Shown here in pieces: positions 63,762 through 64,000 of a stretch of 64,000 bases of DNA. The DNA lies in assembly GCA_965204535.1 (NCBI GenBank), contig CBDBEV010000001.1, positions 1,312,001-1,376,000 on the forward strand, in the 5' to 3' direction. The notes beneath the pieces were generated by a model, which was not told the origin of the DNA, did no database searches, and saw only the letters and a list, made by a program, of their open reading frames with translations. A program made the position numbers and the translations under genes. Within the stretch, counting starts at the first letter, position 1, and the number at the start of each line of letters is the position of its first letter. The DNA is from a bacterium (GTDB taxonomy: Bacteria; UBA8248).

Positions 63762-63998
63762 GGGGCTGTTGAAAAAGGCCACATTTCAGGGGTAGAGGAG
63801 AAGCTCCTCTCGGATAGAAAGGCAACCCCCCCTACCCCCCTTGTCAGGGGGGTATAAAAAGGCGATGCGCTCCCGCCGGGTTGAGGGGGTTTTGCTTTTT
63901 CTTGCCCCCCTGACAAGGGGGGTAGGGGGGGTTGCTTTATGGGGTTTCCCTTTCAAGGGGGTTGCTATTACCCTCTCAGGGGCTTTTTCAACAATCTC
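63762..63998. mobile_element. MITE-like element with an internal long palindrome
   Basis: Ends GGGGCTGTTGAAAAAG / CTTTTTCAACAATCTC; internal arms GCAACCCCCCCTACCCCCCTTGTCAGGGGGG and CCCCCCTGACAAGGGGGGTAGGGGGGGTTGC. Confidence 0.65.
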
Positions 63999-64000
63999 CG

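Overview
GC-rich bacterial chromosomal window, mostly housekeeping genes: recD2, mazG, a Dpp/Opp ABC system, mutL, guaBA, dnaE-lipB-exbBD, rplM-rpsI-argCJ-rpsB-tsf-pyrH-frr-uppS-cdsA-dxr-pgpA-cinA-thpR-recA, def-fmt-rsmB-PASTA-rpe, and ffh-rpsP-rimM-trmD-rplS-rnhB-yraN. The gene order resembles Desulfobacterota/Nitrospinota-like bacteria (inference only). The most unusual part is 3500-9675. First, five tandem 410-550 bp transcription units each carry a sigma70-like promoter, an ~80-nt leader, a small membrane-anchored coiled-coil gene whose length varies in exact 7- and 11-residue steps, and an intrinsic terminator. Each unit begins with a degenerate copy of the last ten codons of the upstream Zn-dehydrogenase gene. 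Second, a 3740-bp IS1595-family element (24-bp perfect TIRs, 8-bp TSD) sits in the last terminator and carries a metzincin lipoprotein with a TbpB-like barrel tail plus a second lipoprotein. Other accessory items are a vapBC + AbiE-like toxin-antitoxin patch, a polysaccharide-lyase-like lipoprotein behind guaA, a second TbpB-like lipoprotein splitting rplS-rnhB, REP/MITE-like palindromes at operon junctions, and long structured leaders before guaB and recA. No tRNA, rRNA or CRISPR array was recognised. All calls come from reading motifs by eye; no database search or folding program was run.
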